From the NCBI GenBank assembly GCA_963733035.1, contig CAVTBU010000004.1:288001-352000 (forward strand): a stretch of DNA of 64,000 nucleotides, written 5' to 3'. The position numbers and the translations under genes are program-made. The first letter of the stretch is position 1; each line of letters begins with the position of its first letter. Below are positions 51,039 through 61,310 of the stretch, in pieces. The stretch is from Pirellulales bacterium. Lineage in GTDB: Bacteria; Planctomycetota; Planctomycetia; Pirellulales; PALSA-1355. The notes under the pieces were generated by a model. The model made no database searches, had not been told where the DNA came from, and saw only the letters and a list, made by a program, of their open reading frames with translations.

Positions 51039-53720
51039 TCAATCCGACGTATCCACGGCCGGCAAAGGCTCCCCCTCGGGCAAAGTTTGCAGAAGCTGCA
51101 TCAGCTGGTCGATGCTCGCCGGTTTGGTCAAGTGATGGTCAAATCCGGCCTCAATCGCCTTGCGACGGTCCTCGTCGTATCCATAGCCTGTAAGCGCCAC
51201 GAGCCGGATACCGTCCAGCTGCTTGTTCTGCCTCAAGCGTCGAGCGACTTCATAGCCGTTCATGCCGGGCATGGCGATGTCTAAAAAAATGATGTTCGGC
51301 CGATCCGCCAATACCCGGTCGACCGCCGCCTGTCCGTCGTGAGCGATGGCCACTTCCTGGTTGATACTCTGGAGCATTAAGGCCAGCGTCTTCGCCGAAG
51401 CATACACGTCGTCGACCACCAAGACGCGATGCCGAGCCAGCCGCTCCTTGTTCGTGCGCGGAGTTGGTCGCTTGTCGCGTCGAATCGCGCCGGCTTCGAC
51501 CAAGGGCAATTTCAGTACGAACTCACTCCCCTGCCCCTCTCCGGCACTGAATGCTTCGACAGATCCCCCATGCAAATCGATGAGTCGTTTGACGAGTGTC
51601 AAACCGAGACCCAGCCCTCCGTGCGATCGATCAAGCGACTGGTCCACTTGTCGGAACATTTCGAAAATCTGATCGAGCATTTCGGTTGGAATGCCAACTC
51701 CGCTGTCCGCGATCCGTACGACAGCTTCGCCCCGCTCACGATTGGCCGAAACCTGGATGGTCCCGCCCCGATTGGTGTATTTGGCGGCGTTTTGCAGCAC
51801 ATTGCCGACAACCTGGGTCAGCCGCGCAACATCTCCATCGACGATCAACGGCTCGTCCTCGACCGTAACGTGGAGATGCTGTTCGTACGAATCGATCATT
51901 GGCCGCACGGCTTCGATGGCGCCAGACAGGATCGTATTCATGTCGACCAGTTGCCTGCGAAGTTGAATTTTTCCACGGGTAATTCTCGATACATCCAACA
52001 GGTCGTCAACCAATCGCGTCATCTGTTGAATCTGTCGCTCCATGATGGCACGTAGCCGATCAACCTCCTCGCGATTATTCTCGACCAGCGGCCACACCTG
52101 CAGCGCGTTGCTGATGGGAGCGATTGGATTGCGCAGCTCGTGAGCCAGCGTCGCCAGAAACTCGTCCTTTCGATGATCCGCCTCTCGCAGGGCCTGTTCC
52201 ATCTCAAGCCGCTCGGTAATGTCCGTATTTGTTCCGAGCCATCGTACAATTTCACCCTGCGCGTTGCGCAAGGGTTCTGCTCGCGAGAGGTGCCAGCGCA
52301 TGGCGCCGTCGTAGCGCCTGAGGGGAAAGGTATCCTCCCACGGCTCACCCGCATTCAGCGATGCCCTCCACTTGTCAAGCACGCGCGGCAACTCGCTGGC
52401 GTCGTGCACGGACTGCCATCCCCAGCCCTCCATTTGTTCGGGCGAGGTGCCGGTGTATTCGTACCAGCGCTTGTTGTACCAGTAGATGTGACCGTCGGGG
52501 CGAGCCATCCAGGCCAACTGGGGAATCGAATCCGCCATATTGTGGAACAACTCCTCGCTGGACTTTAGTTCCGCCAAAAGTTCAACCATCCGAGTGTTTG
52601 CCAACTGAAGCGCCGAGGTATGTTCTAGCAAAGTCGCCTCGTGGGCTCTTCGCTGGCTGATCTCGCGAAATACGAGCACCGCGCCGCTAACCGCGCCGCT
52701 CTTGGTCTTGACGGGCGCGGCGCTGTCGTCAATTGGCCACTGTGTGCCGTCGCGGGAAACGAGAATCGCGTGGTCAGCCGATCCCACGATGCGTCCCTCT
52801 CGGACCGCCTGCGTCGAGAGGTTCTCGACAGGCTGCCCGGTCAGCTCGTTGACCATCTGAAGCACCTTGGGTAGTTCCGTACCGACGGCCTCGCTTTGCC
52901 GCCAACCAGTAAGCTTTTCAGCGATCTTGTTGAGCAGTAGCACACGTCCCTTGACGTCGGTCACAATGACACCGTCGCCAATGGAAATGAGCGTCGCTTG
53001 CAGCAACTCCCGCTGCCGGTGTTCGGCGGCGGCGGCTTCGAGTAGCGACTTCAGGTGCTTGCTCAGCAGCAACAGCAGTCCGACCAACGCGGCGATTCCC
53101 GCCAGCGACGAAATCACAACTCCCAACACCGCGCTACGATAAGCCCTGTCGTCGGCCAGCTGTTGCTCACTCAGAATCGCGTGTTGTCTCTGTCGAATGC
53201 GGTCAACGAGTTCGCGAATCCGGTCCATCGTCCGTTTACCTTCGTCGTTAAGGACGATCCGGCGGGCAGCTTCAAAGTCACCCTGGCGGCCGAGCGAGGA
53301 GGTCGCCGACAATTCGGCGAACTTTTCCGCAACTAGTCTCCTAAGTTGCGCCACGTTGTCGTCGGCTTGCCGATCGTCCTGCAGGGTCGCAGCCAGGGCG
53401 GCCAGTACTTCGTCAGACCGAGCGATCGCCGCTTCGTAAGGTGCCAGGTAGGATTCGTCCCCTGTGATAAGGAACCCCCGCTGTCCGGTTTCGGCATCCG
53501 TGACCGTAGAAGTCAGCGTGGCGAGTCCTTCCAGAACAGCATGGCTGTGAGCGACTTGATGGGCGTCGTGCCGTAGGCGCTGAAGATTGTGGAACGCCAC
53601 GCCACCGTTGATCACGACGAGGCACAACAGCAGACCAACGCCAAAGTTCAGCCAACTTTGCGAACGCAGAGACATGAACTGCTGCGAACTCCAAGACGAG
53701 ACCTTAGCCAAATGTCGCAC
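51039..53720 (-). CDS. Hybrid sensor kinase: CHASE3-PAS-PAS-HisKA-HATPase-REC
   Basis: DAETGQRGFLITG (CHASE3), two PAS/PAC, AHELRNP, NAAKYT, GGLGLGL, REC FLDIAMPGMNG. Start at 53720 or 53675. Confidence 0.92.
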   Translation of the reverse strand: MRHLAKVSSWSSQQFMSLRSQSWLNFGVGLLLCLVVINGGVAFHNLQRLRHDAHQVAHSHAVLEGLATLTSTVTDAETGQRGFLITGDESYLAPYEAAIARSDEVLAALAATLQDDRQADDNVAQLRRLVAEKFAELSATSSLGRQGDFEAARRIVLNDEGKRTMDRIRELVDRIRQRQHAILSEQQLADDRAYRSAVLGVVISSLAGIAALVGLLLLLSKHLKSLLEAAAAEHRQRELLQATLISIGDGVIVTDVKGRVLLLNKIAEKLTGWRQSEAVGTELPKVLQMVNELTGQPVENLSTQAVREGRIVGSADHAILVSRDGTQWPIDDSAAPVKTKSGAVSGAVLVFREISQRRAHEATLLEHTSALQLANTRMVELLAELKSSEELFHNMADSIPQLAWMARPDGHIYWYNKRWYEYTGTSPEQMEGWGWQSVHDASELPRVLDKWRASLNAGEPWEDTFPLRRYDGAMRWHLSRAEPLRNAQGEIVRWLGTNTDITERLEMEQALREADHRKDEFLATLAHELRNPIAPISNALQVWPLVENNREEVDRLRAIMERQIQQMTRLVDDLLDVSRITRGKIQLRRQLVDMNTILSGAIEAVRPMIDSYEQHLHVTVEDEPLIVDGDVARLTQVVGNVLQNAAKYTNRGGTIQVSANRERGEAVVRIADSGVGIPTEMLDQIFEMFRQVDQSLDRSHGGLGLGLTLVKRLIDLHGGSVEAFSAGEGQGSEFVLKLPLVEAGAIRRDKRPTPRTNKERLARHRVLVVDDVYASAKTLALMLQSINQEVAIAHDGQAAVDRVLADRPNIIFLDIAMPGMNGYEVARRLRQNKQLDGIRLVALTGYGYDEDRRKAIEAGFDHHLTKPASIDQLMQLLQTLPEGEPLPAVDTSD

Positions 53721-53789
53721 GATGCGACCGATCGCATTCGGGACAATCGTCGAAGCCAGGCTCCCCTGTCAACCGAATCAATGGTCCCC

Positions 53790-55289
53790 TCAGGTCGCGC
53801 CCACGCCGCCTACGGTAACCACATGGTCGATGGAAAGTCGCAGTGCCCGAATTTTATTCCGCAGACTGCCACGCGTAATTCCCAACATTTTTGCCGCCAC
53901 CGACTGATTGCCGCCCGTTTCGCGCAGAACTCGCGTCAGTAAATAGCGTTCCACCATTTCCAGCGTCTCGGCATGCAGATCGCCGCTGCCAACCTTCAGG
54001 CGCTGCTCGATGAAGGCAGCCAAATCGTGTCGTGGCAAACCGTCTCCTTCAGGAACTTCCTCATCGGTCACGTCAAACGACTCGGCCCCCTCCGGTCCAA
54101 GACAACCGCCCCCACTCCCCTGGAAGCAACTGACTTCCGGCAAACAGTCGGTCGTGATGACTGTTCCCGTCGCATTAATTAGCGCCTGTTTAAGAATGCT
54201 CTCCAATTCGCGAACGTTGCCCGGCCAGTCATAACTCTCCAGAGCCCGCATGGCGGCAGGATCCAACCGCATAACTTTCTTGCCCATGCGCTGGCTATAG
54301 CGTGCCAGGAAGTGTTCGATCAACAGCCGCAGGTCCCCCTCGCGCTCGCGGAGCGGGGGCAGGCAGATCAAGAAACCTTTCAAACGATAAAGCAGGTCCT
54401 CGCGAAACTTCTGCTCGCGCACCAAATCATCTAAATTGCGGTTGGTGGCCGCGATGATCCGCACATCGGTACTGATGGTTTGGTTGCCGCCGACACGCTC
54501 GAACTTCTGTTCCTGCAGCAATCGCAGGATCTTGCTCTGCAGCAAAGCGGGCATGTCTCCGATTTCGTCGAGAAAAATCGTGCCACCGGTGCACTGCTCG
54601 AACTTTCCAATGCGCCTGCTATCCGCGCCGGTAAAGGAGCCCTTTTCGTGTCCAAAGAACTCACTTTCGAGGAGGGTCTCCGGAATGGCAGCGCAGTTCA
54701 CAGCCAGGAACGGCCCGGATGCACGCTTGCTGTGCTGGTAGATAGCCCTGGCGACCAACTCTTTGCCGGTGCCGCTTTCGCCCTGAATCAGCACGGTAAC
54801 ATCCTGAGGCGCCACACGACCAATGGCTTTGAAGACCCGCTGCATGGCCTCGCTTTGGCCCAGCATCATGTCGCTGTCGTCACCATCGGTCGCCTCATGC
54901 TTGACCGACACCGGGATGCTCATCAGTCGCCGCATTTCGGCCGCGCGAGTCACCTGGTCGAGCACTTTGTGCTTTTCGAGGGGTTTGAGCAGGTAGTCGT
55001 AGGCGCCGAGTTTCATCGACTCGATAGCCATTTCACTCGAACCGTGACCCGTGATGAAAATCACCGGCAGTTTCGGATCGATCTCCCGAACGGTCTTGCA
55101 GGCCTCTAAACCCGAAAGCCGCGGAAGCATGATGTCGAGCAATAGCACGTCGGGGCTTTCGTCGCGTACCAGTTGCAGGCCCTCGGCGGCCGTGGCAGCC
55201 GTGACGATGTCAATATTGACCTCGCCAAACCAGCGCTGCACAAGGTGTAGCACGGTACGGTCGTCGTCGATTACGAGTACCTTTGTCAT
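53790..55289 (-). CDS. NtrC-family sigma54-dependent response regulator (REC-AAA+-Fis HTH)
   Basis: GESGTGKE, GSFTGA, FLDEIG, WPGNVREL, GNQSVAAKMLGITR. Confidence 0.95.
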   Translation of the reverse strand: MTKVLVIDDDRTVLHLVQRWFGEVNIDIVTAATAAEGLQLVRDESPDVLLLDIMLPRLSGLEACKTVREIDPKLPVIFITGHGSSEMAIESMKLGAYDYLLKPLEKHKVLDQVTRAAEMRRLMSIPVSVKHEATDGDDSDMMLGQSEAMQRVFKAIGRVAPQDVTVLIQGESGTGKELVARAIYQHSKRASGPFLAVNCAAIPETLLESEFFGHEKGSFTGADSRRIGKFEQCTGGTIFLDEIGDMPALLQSKILRLLQEQKFERVGGNQTISTDVRIIAATNRNLDDLVREQKFREDLLYRLKGFLICLPPLREREGDLRLLIEHFLARYSQRMGKKVMRLDPAAMRALESYDWPGNVRELESILKQALINATGTVITTDCLPEVSCFQGSGGGCLGPEGAESFDVTDEEVPEGDGLPRHDLAAFIEQRLKVGSGDLHAETLEMVERYLLTRVLRETGGNQSVAAKMLGITRGSLRNKIRALRLSIDHVVTVGGVGAT

Positions 55290-55561
55290 GCCTTGGTAAC
55301 TCTAGCATCTAGTGAAATTGTTCTTTTCGAGACAATCCCAACGACTGTCATCATTATCCCAAACCTAGCACCGAATCACAAGCAGAACGCCCTCCGGCAT
55401 GTCGCTGCTTCCGACGCAAGACGCCCCCAGTTCGGCAAGACCTAGTGCGAAACGCGGCTCGCACGTCCCCGACGTCTGGGAACTACCGCCAGGGTGATGA
55501 CTTTGCCAGCCCGCAGCCTGTGCTAAACACGGCTAGCGGCATTGGTCCGAATTTGCCGTCC

Positions 55562-55732
55562 TTAAGGCACAGGTCTGCGAGCAATGCCACCCAACAAGCT
55601 CAGCACGAACAGCACGACGAAGATGAAGAACAGCACCTTGGCCGCCGTATATGCCATGCTTCCAATCACACCAAAGCCAAATGCCGCGGCGACGATTGCG
55701 ATCACAAGGAATACGATTGACCAGTACAACAT
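55562..55732 (-). CDS. DUF1328 (UPF0391) small membrane protein
   Basis: MLYWSIVFLVIAIVAAAFGFG..AAKVLFFIFVVLF; GGAGG RBS. Confidence 0.9.
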   Translation of the reverse strand: MLYWSIVFLVIAIVAAAFGFGVIGSMAYTAAKVLFFIFVVLFVLSLLGGIARRPVP

Positions 55733-55844
55733 GGTGTGCCTCCACCAGAAAAACACTGCCCCTCGCCCGTGACTTTTGCCGCTTCGTTGACCACGAGCAT
55801 TTCCCGAGTGAATTTGAATTGTTGGCTCACTTGCCGGGCTAATT

Positions 55845-55860
55845 TGCACGTTCCATGCCG
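55845..55860 (-). promoter_or_regulatory. Candidate sigma54 promoter of DUF1328
   Basis: Minus strand CGGCATGGAACGTGCA (GG-N10-GC). Confidence 0.45.
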
Positions 55861-56311
55861 AAACAGGGAGTTGGCTTGGACGATCGCGGTTGCGTCCGCC
55901 GCGAAACCCTCGCAGATCGCCGGGCACTTTGCTCCGTCAATTCTCGGTTTCCAAGCGGTTCGGACTCCCCGCGATGTTGAAATTCGAGGAACCGGGACAG
56001 GATTTGAACCGCTGCCACATAATTGCGTTCTGTTGGTCTCGTTTTGACCGCAATGGCCGTCTTTGGATCAGCCGAGACGCACCAGTTCGTCCGATCGCGC
56101 CGCCATTTCGCGATCTCGCTCTCCCACAAGCCCGGCACCAAAGTTGCGGCGTTCGTCGACGCTGCCCTCTGGGGTCTTATGAGTTCGACCTCAGCCTCAA
56201 AATGCAGCGCCGACCCTCGATCTACCAGGAATTGAGTCGCAGCGACCTGGTCATTTAATGCCCGTGTATTCAATTTAGCCTCAGTGTGTTCTCGCAGAGA
56301 CCAGGGCGCAG

Positions 56312-57868
56312 ATGGGCGTAGGTTCGGACAATTCGCAACGGCGGACGGCTGACTACTTGGCTCGCGTCGGGCATGATTTGCGCACGCCGCTCAATGCGGT
56401 CTTAGGAATGCTGGAACTTTCGCTTGCCGAGCCGCTTTCCTACACGCTTCGCGACCATCTGCTGACTGCGCGAAATGCCGCACGCGGCCTGGCCAACACA
56501 TTGGACGACGTGCTGGCTTTGGCGGAGGTCGATGCCGGCAATCGAACATTCGACGTCGCTCCGGTCCGGCTATCAGAGGTCATCCAGGATGCTATGTCGG
56601 CAGCCGAGCAGGCCGCCGGCAAACCGCAACTCAGCTATATCGTCCTGATTTCCCCAACTTTGCCAAACGATCTCTGCGGTGACGCGCGGCGCCTGCGGCA
56701 AATCATCACGCATCTGATTGACTACGCTTCCAACCGAGTGGACCGTCGGCAAATGGTGGTTGAAGTTGCCGAACGGTTGGTCACCGCAGACTGCGCAGCT
56801 GGAACTCGGCATCTCGGAATTTGGTTTGGCTATTCCCGACGGAATAAGGCTTGTACCTTTCCAGCAGGCCAATGAATCGAAATACTGGGCCACTGGACTG
56901 GGCATGTCGGTGGCCGATTCATGGCTCAGGCAACTTCATGGCCAGCTTTGGATTACCCCGGAAACGGCCAACACGGGCGCCGCCTATGCCACGTTCGAGC
57001 TACTCAGATCGACGACATTGCGATCCCCTGACCCCCCCGTCATAAAACGGGCAGAGGCCGATCGCGTTTGGCAGGAGGCGATGTCGAAACGGACAGGGCG
57101 GCCGCTGAACATTCTGGTTGCCGACGACACGCAGGCGAATCAAAAAGTCGTCAAAGCGGTGCTGGCGCGGCGGGGACATCACGTCGAAGTTGCCGACAAC
57201 GGCCGCGAGGCTCTCGAATGTGTGCGCTTGCCGCGTTCGACGTGGTACTTATGGACGCCCAGATGCCGACGATGAACGGACTCGAAGCGGCGACCGCCAT
57301 CCGCCATTTGCCGGACAAGGCTCGAGCGTGCGTGCCGATCATCGCAATCACCGCCCATGCCATGCGCGAGGATCGGCAGCGCTGCCTGGATGCAGGCATG
57401 GACGATTACCTATCCAAGCCCGTGGACGTAGCCGCGCTCGTGTCTCGTGTCGAGTTCTACGGTTCCCAAAGCCGCCGGGGAACTGTCCTCGAAGAACAAC
57501 CCTCGACACCCGCTGCGGATAAGGACAAGAGAGACTTTATTGCCGGAGCATTGTTCCGACTGGGAGGGGACGAGGAACTGCTCAAGGAATTGATTCGCCT
57601 GTTCCGACAAGATGCTCAATCGCTACGAGAAAAGATCCATAGCGGCCTGGCCGCCGGCGATGCCGAAAGCACGGCCCGCGCGGCGCACAACATCAAGGGG
57701 CTGGCGGCCAATTTCGACGCCACGGCGGTCGTTGAAGCGGCCAACGATATCGAACGCCAAGCGGTGCAATCCGATCTCGTCGCGGCGGAGAAACTGGTGC
57801 CGACGCTGGAATCGGAACTAGCCCGGCTGTTATCGGTGCTGGAAAGCTACCAGGCGGACGCGACCTAG
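56312..57868 (+). CDS. Hybrid HisKA - degenerate HATPase - REC - Hpt protein, split by frameshifts near 56795 and 57226
   Basis: [39 protein letters not shown] and AHNIKG are spread over three consecutive frames. Confidence 0.75.
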
Positions 57869-58252
57869 CGCACAAGCCGAGAGTCGACTCGCCGGTTCAG
57901 CATGCGCATCTTTCCGGCCGAACGACGTGGAGAACTGGTGCAGGCTGCAGAACCGGACGCCGAAAAACGTGTCATTGACCCTGGGCCGGATTGATTGCCG
58001 GTTCCCGAGCGTCAAGGGAATTCCCAAGACCGGGCTCGTCTCGCCGCAACCTATCGTTGTATAGGCAAAGTTCCTCCACACCATTTCGAGACTCCGACCA
58101 TGCGTCGCGCTTGGGCGAATAAGACCCGTCGGCTAGAATCCCGCTTGTTGGGCGCGCCAAACTGGCTGCCGGCTCCGTTTGGAGGTCGCCTCGCGACGCT
58201 GGCAATGGGCCTGGCCTCGCTGGCAATTGCTCAACCGCAGGAGGCTCAAGCG

Positions 58253-58741
58253 ATGTCGGATGTTCACGCCCTTGTGAGAATCCTTGAGTCACAGGATTTG
58301 AGCGCGCGCACCACGGCCGCCGAGAAGCTGGCACAACTCGGTGAGCTGGCTCAGCCCGCCGCCGTGGCTCTTGTCCACGCGGTCAATTCGGAAGACGAAG
58401 ATCTACGCGAGTGGGCGGTTGGAGCGCTTGAGGGCCTTGGTCCGCCGGCAACGGACGACGTGCCCAAATTGACCGCATTGCTCAATCGGCCTGAACCGGA
58501 TGTGGCTTACTGGGCGACTACCTTGTTGGGTCGCCTGAAAGGAGACGCGGCGGCGGCGGTCGGACCCTTGATCGAGGCGTTGAATACCCACCCAGCGACC
58601 ACCGTGAGGGAACGGGCCGCTTGGGCGCTCGGTCAGATGGGACCTGCCGCGGCGGCGGCGAAAGACGACTTAGACCAGGCGGCGCAATCCCCTTCGCCCC
58701 GGTTGGCAAAATTAGCCCAAGCGGCTCTGCAACAGTTGTAA
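58253..58741 (+). CDS. HEAT/PBS-lyase repeat protein
   Basis: AGGAGG RBS; repeats of the type VR..AA.ALG. Confidence 0.8.
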   Translation: MSDVHALVRILESQDLSARTTAAEKLAQLGELAQPAAVALVHAVNSEDEDLREWAVGALEGLGPPATDDVPKLTALLNRPEPDVAYWATTLLGRLKGDAAAAVGPLIEALNTHPATTVRERAAWALGQMGPAAAAAKDDLDQAAQSPSPRLAKLAQAALQQL

Positions 58742-58777
58742 CGCCTGCGACGATGTGTTGCTTGCCGTCCTGCCGAG

Positions 58778-59527
58778 TCACACCGCTAGTGTGCTTTGCT
58801 GCGTTTTCAAGTCCGCTTGATACCGCGCGAATGCCTGCTCGTCTCGCCGGCAACTGACGCCTTTGAATACCATCGCGAACGCGCGGCGGTGGCGCGTCGC
58901 CGAACGGTTCGGATCTGCCCGATGAATCAGGTTGCCGTGATGTGCCACGACATCACCAGGTTGCAAATGAATTGCTACTTCCGAACCGGCGTCCGCGTCG
59001 CTGTAGTCAACAATGCCTTGCGAGAAACCCAGCACCGTTGAACGGCCGTGCGGACGCACCCCTTGAAGATGCGAACCAGGCACATCGCGCAGGCACGCAT
59101 TTTCATCATCGACGGCGTCCAGCGCCATCCAAATGGTGACGACACTGGGCGGCTCGAGGCAAAAGTAGTAGTTGTCTTGATGCGGTGGGGTTCCTTGGTG
59201 CGAAAGCGGTGGTTTGTTGAACCATTCGGGAGACTCGCTCATGGCCGCTTCGCCGATCAGCGTTTCAGCCAGTTTTTGCCAAGCCGGATGCCCGCGATAC
59301 CCTGCAAAGAACGGATCCTTATCGATGCGATGCAATTGTTTGAGCCGACTAGCGTCAGCACGGTCGCCGTCGTAGAAGGCATCCGCCGCCGGCAAGCCCG
59401 GTACAACATCGCGAATGTACCGGTCGAGCTCCTGCTGCAGCCGCTCGAACTCAGCGGCGGCCAGCAGCGACGGTACCACGACAAATCCTTGACGGTCGAA
59501 CGTCTGCTTCAGTTCCAGCGCATCCAT
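58778..59527 (-). CDS. Phytanoyl-CoA dioxygenase (PhyH) family Fe(II)/2OG enzyme
   Basis: F.RQGFVVV, FNKPP, TPPHQD, WMALD, PGSH, HHG..IHRA..N.S..RRA. Confidence 0.88.
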   Translation of the reverse strand: MDALELKQTFDRQGFVVVPSLLAAAEFERLQQELDRYIRDVVPGLPAADAFYDGDRADASRLKQLHRIDKDPFFAGYRGHPAWQKLAETLIGEAAMSESPEWFNKPPLSHQGTPPHQDNYYFCLEPPSVVTIWMALDAVDDENACLRDVPGSHLQGVRPHGRSTVLGFSQGIVDYSDADAGSEVAIHLQPGDVVAHHGNLIHRADPNRSATRHRRAFAMVFKGVSCRRDEQAFARYQADLKTQQSTLAV

Positions 59528-59562
59528 TTTCCGTGTACTCCCAAGCCGCGTTTGATGAATCC

Positions 59563-61062
59563 TCAAGCAAATCGCAAGGCATACAAGTCGGCATCCTGCA
59601 GGACGACGCGGAGTCGAATCGGTTGTCCGTTGAACTTCGACAGGTCGCTGCCAGATTTCCACGCAACAACCGCGTCGAGTTCGTCGCCATAGAGCGGCGC
59701 CATGTCGGACTGCGCGTACCCCCGCAGCGGCTGACCGCTGGCATCCTGCAGTTCGATTTGCACGCTTCCGGCCGCCGAGGTGGCGTAGTTGATGGCCAGT
59801 TGCCCGCCAGCGAACGTGATCGGCCGGGTCGTGAATTCGCCGGGCCGAGCCTTTGCCTGCATCGACGCCAAACGATGACGGGGCAAGACCAGCCGCCGGA
59901 GTCGATTGTCGGGCCAGCGATAATGTTCGGAGATGTAGAATGACCACTCGCCCGGCTTCGCTTCGACGATCCCCCAGGCCGGCATGTTGCTGCGCTCGGT
60001 CCAGTTCTTTTGATCGAGGCCCGGCCGAACCCAGGCCTCTAGAAATGGTCGATCCCAGTGCACACCGTCGCGGCTTGACATGAACACCGCGTCGGAAACG
60101 CCGGTGTCCGCGTGTTCGGGATTCTTCTTGCGGTTCGGCAGGAATCGCTTCGGGAATGCCAGCAACAAATGTTCCGCGCCCGGACAGGCAATGGTGGCGG
60201 TCGTGTAGAAATGTTCCATCGGCACGCCATCGGCGTAGCGATTCGGAACTGCGTCGCTCCAATTGAGAAAATCTGACGAGTGCGAGCTTTGCACCGCCCG
60301 AACGCCGTCGGCGAAGATGCGGCTGTAACACGCGTAGCGTCCGCGCGCCGAATCCCAAAAAGCAAGATTGAGCGAATCAAAGGCTCCCTTGGTCATGACT
60401 GGCTGATTGGAAATCTTCTTGAAATGGATGCCGTCGGGAGATCCAAACGCGTAGAGCCCTTGTTCGACCTTTTCGCCCAGCCAATTGGTTCCGGCGGCGC
60501 GAATGCCGCCCAGGGCCTTATAGCGTTGATCCGGTTTGCAATCGGAATTTGTGTCTCGGAATACCGCCAGGTTGTGCGACTCGATCCCCTTCCAAATTAC
60601 GTTGTTCTCGGACGAACCATCGATTTCGATAATTCCTAGGTTCGGACGAGTGAAGTGCACGCCATCGCGGCTCTCGGCCATGCAGGTAACCTGGTTTTCC
60701 GACTTGTCGGAGCCCGACGCATATCCGCGGTAGTAAAGCCGAATGATGTCGCCGTCTTGTGCCACGCTGTAGTAGCCGCTGGTCGGGCCTTCCCAGGGCG
60801 CGTCGGTGACTAGCACCACTTCCGCTCGTTGCGGGTGATTGAGGGCCAGCTCAACTCCGCTCTTGGCATCGACAAGCCACTCATCCACCAATAATTCCCA
60901 GCGCGAACCCAGATCGGCAACCGGTTTTCGCTCGGTCGCTAGCGCGGTCTCTGCTGCGATCACCCGTGATCTGCCCACGGCGTGCGCGGCAAGACCGGCA
61001 GCTCCCAATCCGCATGCCGAAAGAAACCCGCGGCGGGAGGATTTACCACGCTGGCGATGCAT
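59563..61062 (-). CDS. Tat-exported hypothetical protein, glycoside-hydrolase-like beta-propeller
   Basis: SSRRGFL twin-arginine signal and Asp-box-like repeats SRDGVHF, SPDGIHF, SRDGVHW. Confidence 0.7.
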   Translation of the reverse strand: MHRQRGKSSRRGFLSACGLGAAGLAAHAVGRSRVIAAETALATERKPVADLGSRWELLVDEWLVDAKSGVELALNHPQRAEVVLVTDAPWEGPTSGYYSVAQDGDIIRLYYRGYASGSDKSENQVTCMAESRDGVHFTRPNLGIIEIDGSSENNVIWKGIESHNLAVFRDTNSDCKPDQRYKALGGIRAAGTNWLGEKVEQGLYAFGSPDGIHFKKISNQPVMTKGAFDSLNLAFWDSARGRYACYSRIFADGVRAVQSSHSSDFLNWSDAVPNRYADGVPMEHFYTTATIACPGAEHLLLAFPKRFLPNRKKNPEHADTGVSDAVFMSSRDGVHWDRPFLEAWVRPGLDQKNWTERSNMPAWGIVEAKPGEWSFYISEHYRWPDNRLRRLVLPRHRLASMQAKARPGEFTTRPITFAGGQLAINYATSAAGSVQIELQDASGQPLRGYAQSDMAPLYGDELDAVVAWKSGSDLSKFNGQPIRLRVVLQDADLYALRFA

Positions 61063-61310
61063 GTTTTGCACTCCTTTGTACGAGACGCGAATGAATAGGC
61101 CGAGGACCATGATAGCCCAAAAACCGCTGGCAGGTACACGCGGCGCAGGGCTTTCGTCCAAAAGTAGACTGCGCGTCGCAGCGCCGAGAGGTTTTTGCGA
61201 GATGACACTGGCAAGTTGCCGCGCGCCGGCGTCCACAGTAAACTCCTGGAAGTCTTGCGTCCCGCCGTCAGGAATCCTGGCCCTTACCCGCCTCGAAGCG
61301 TTGCGAATCA

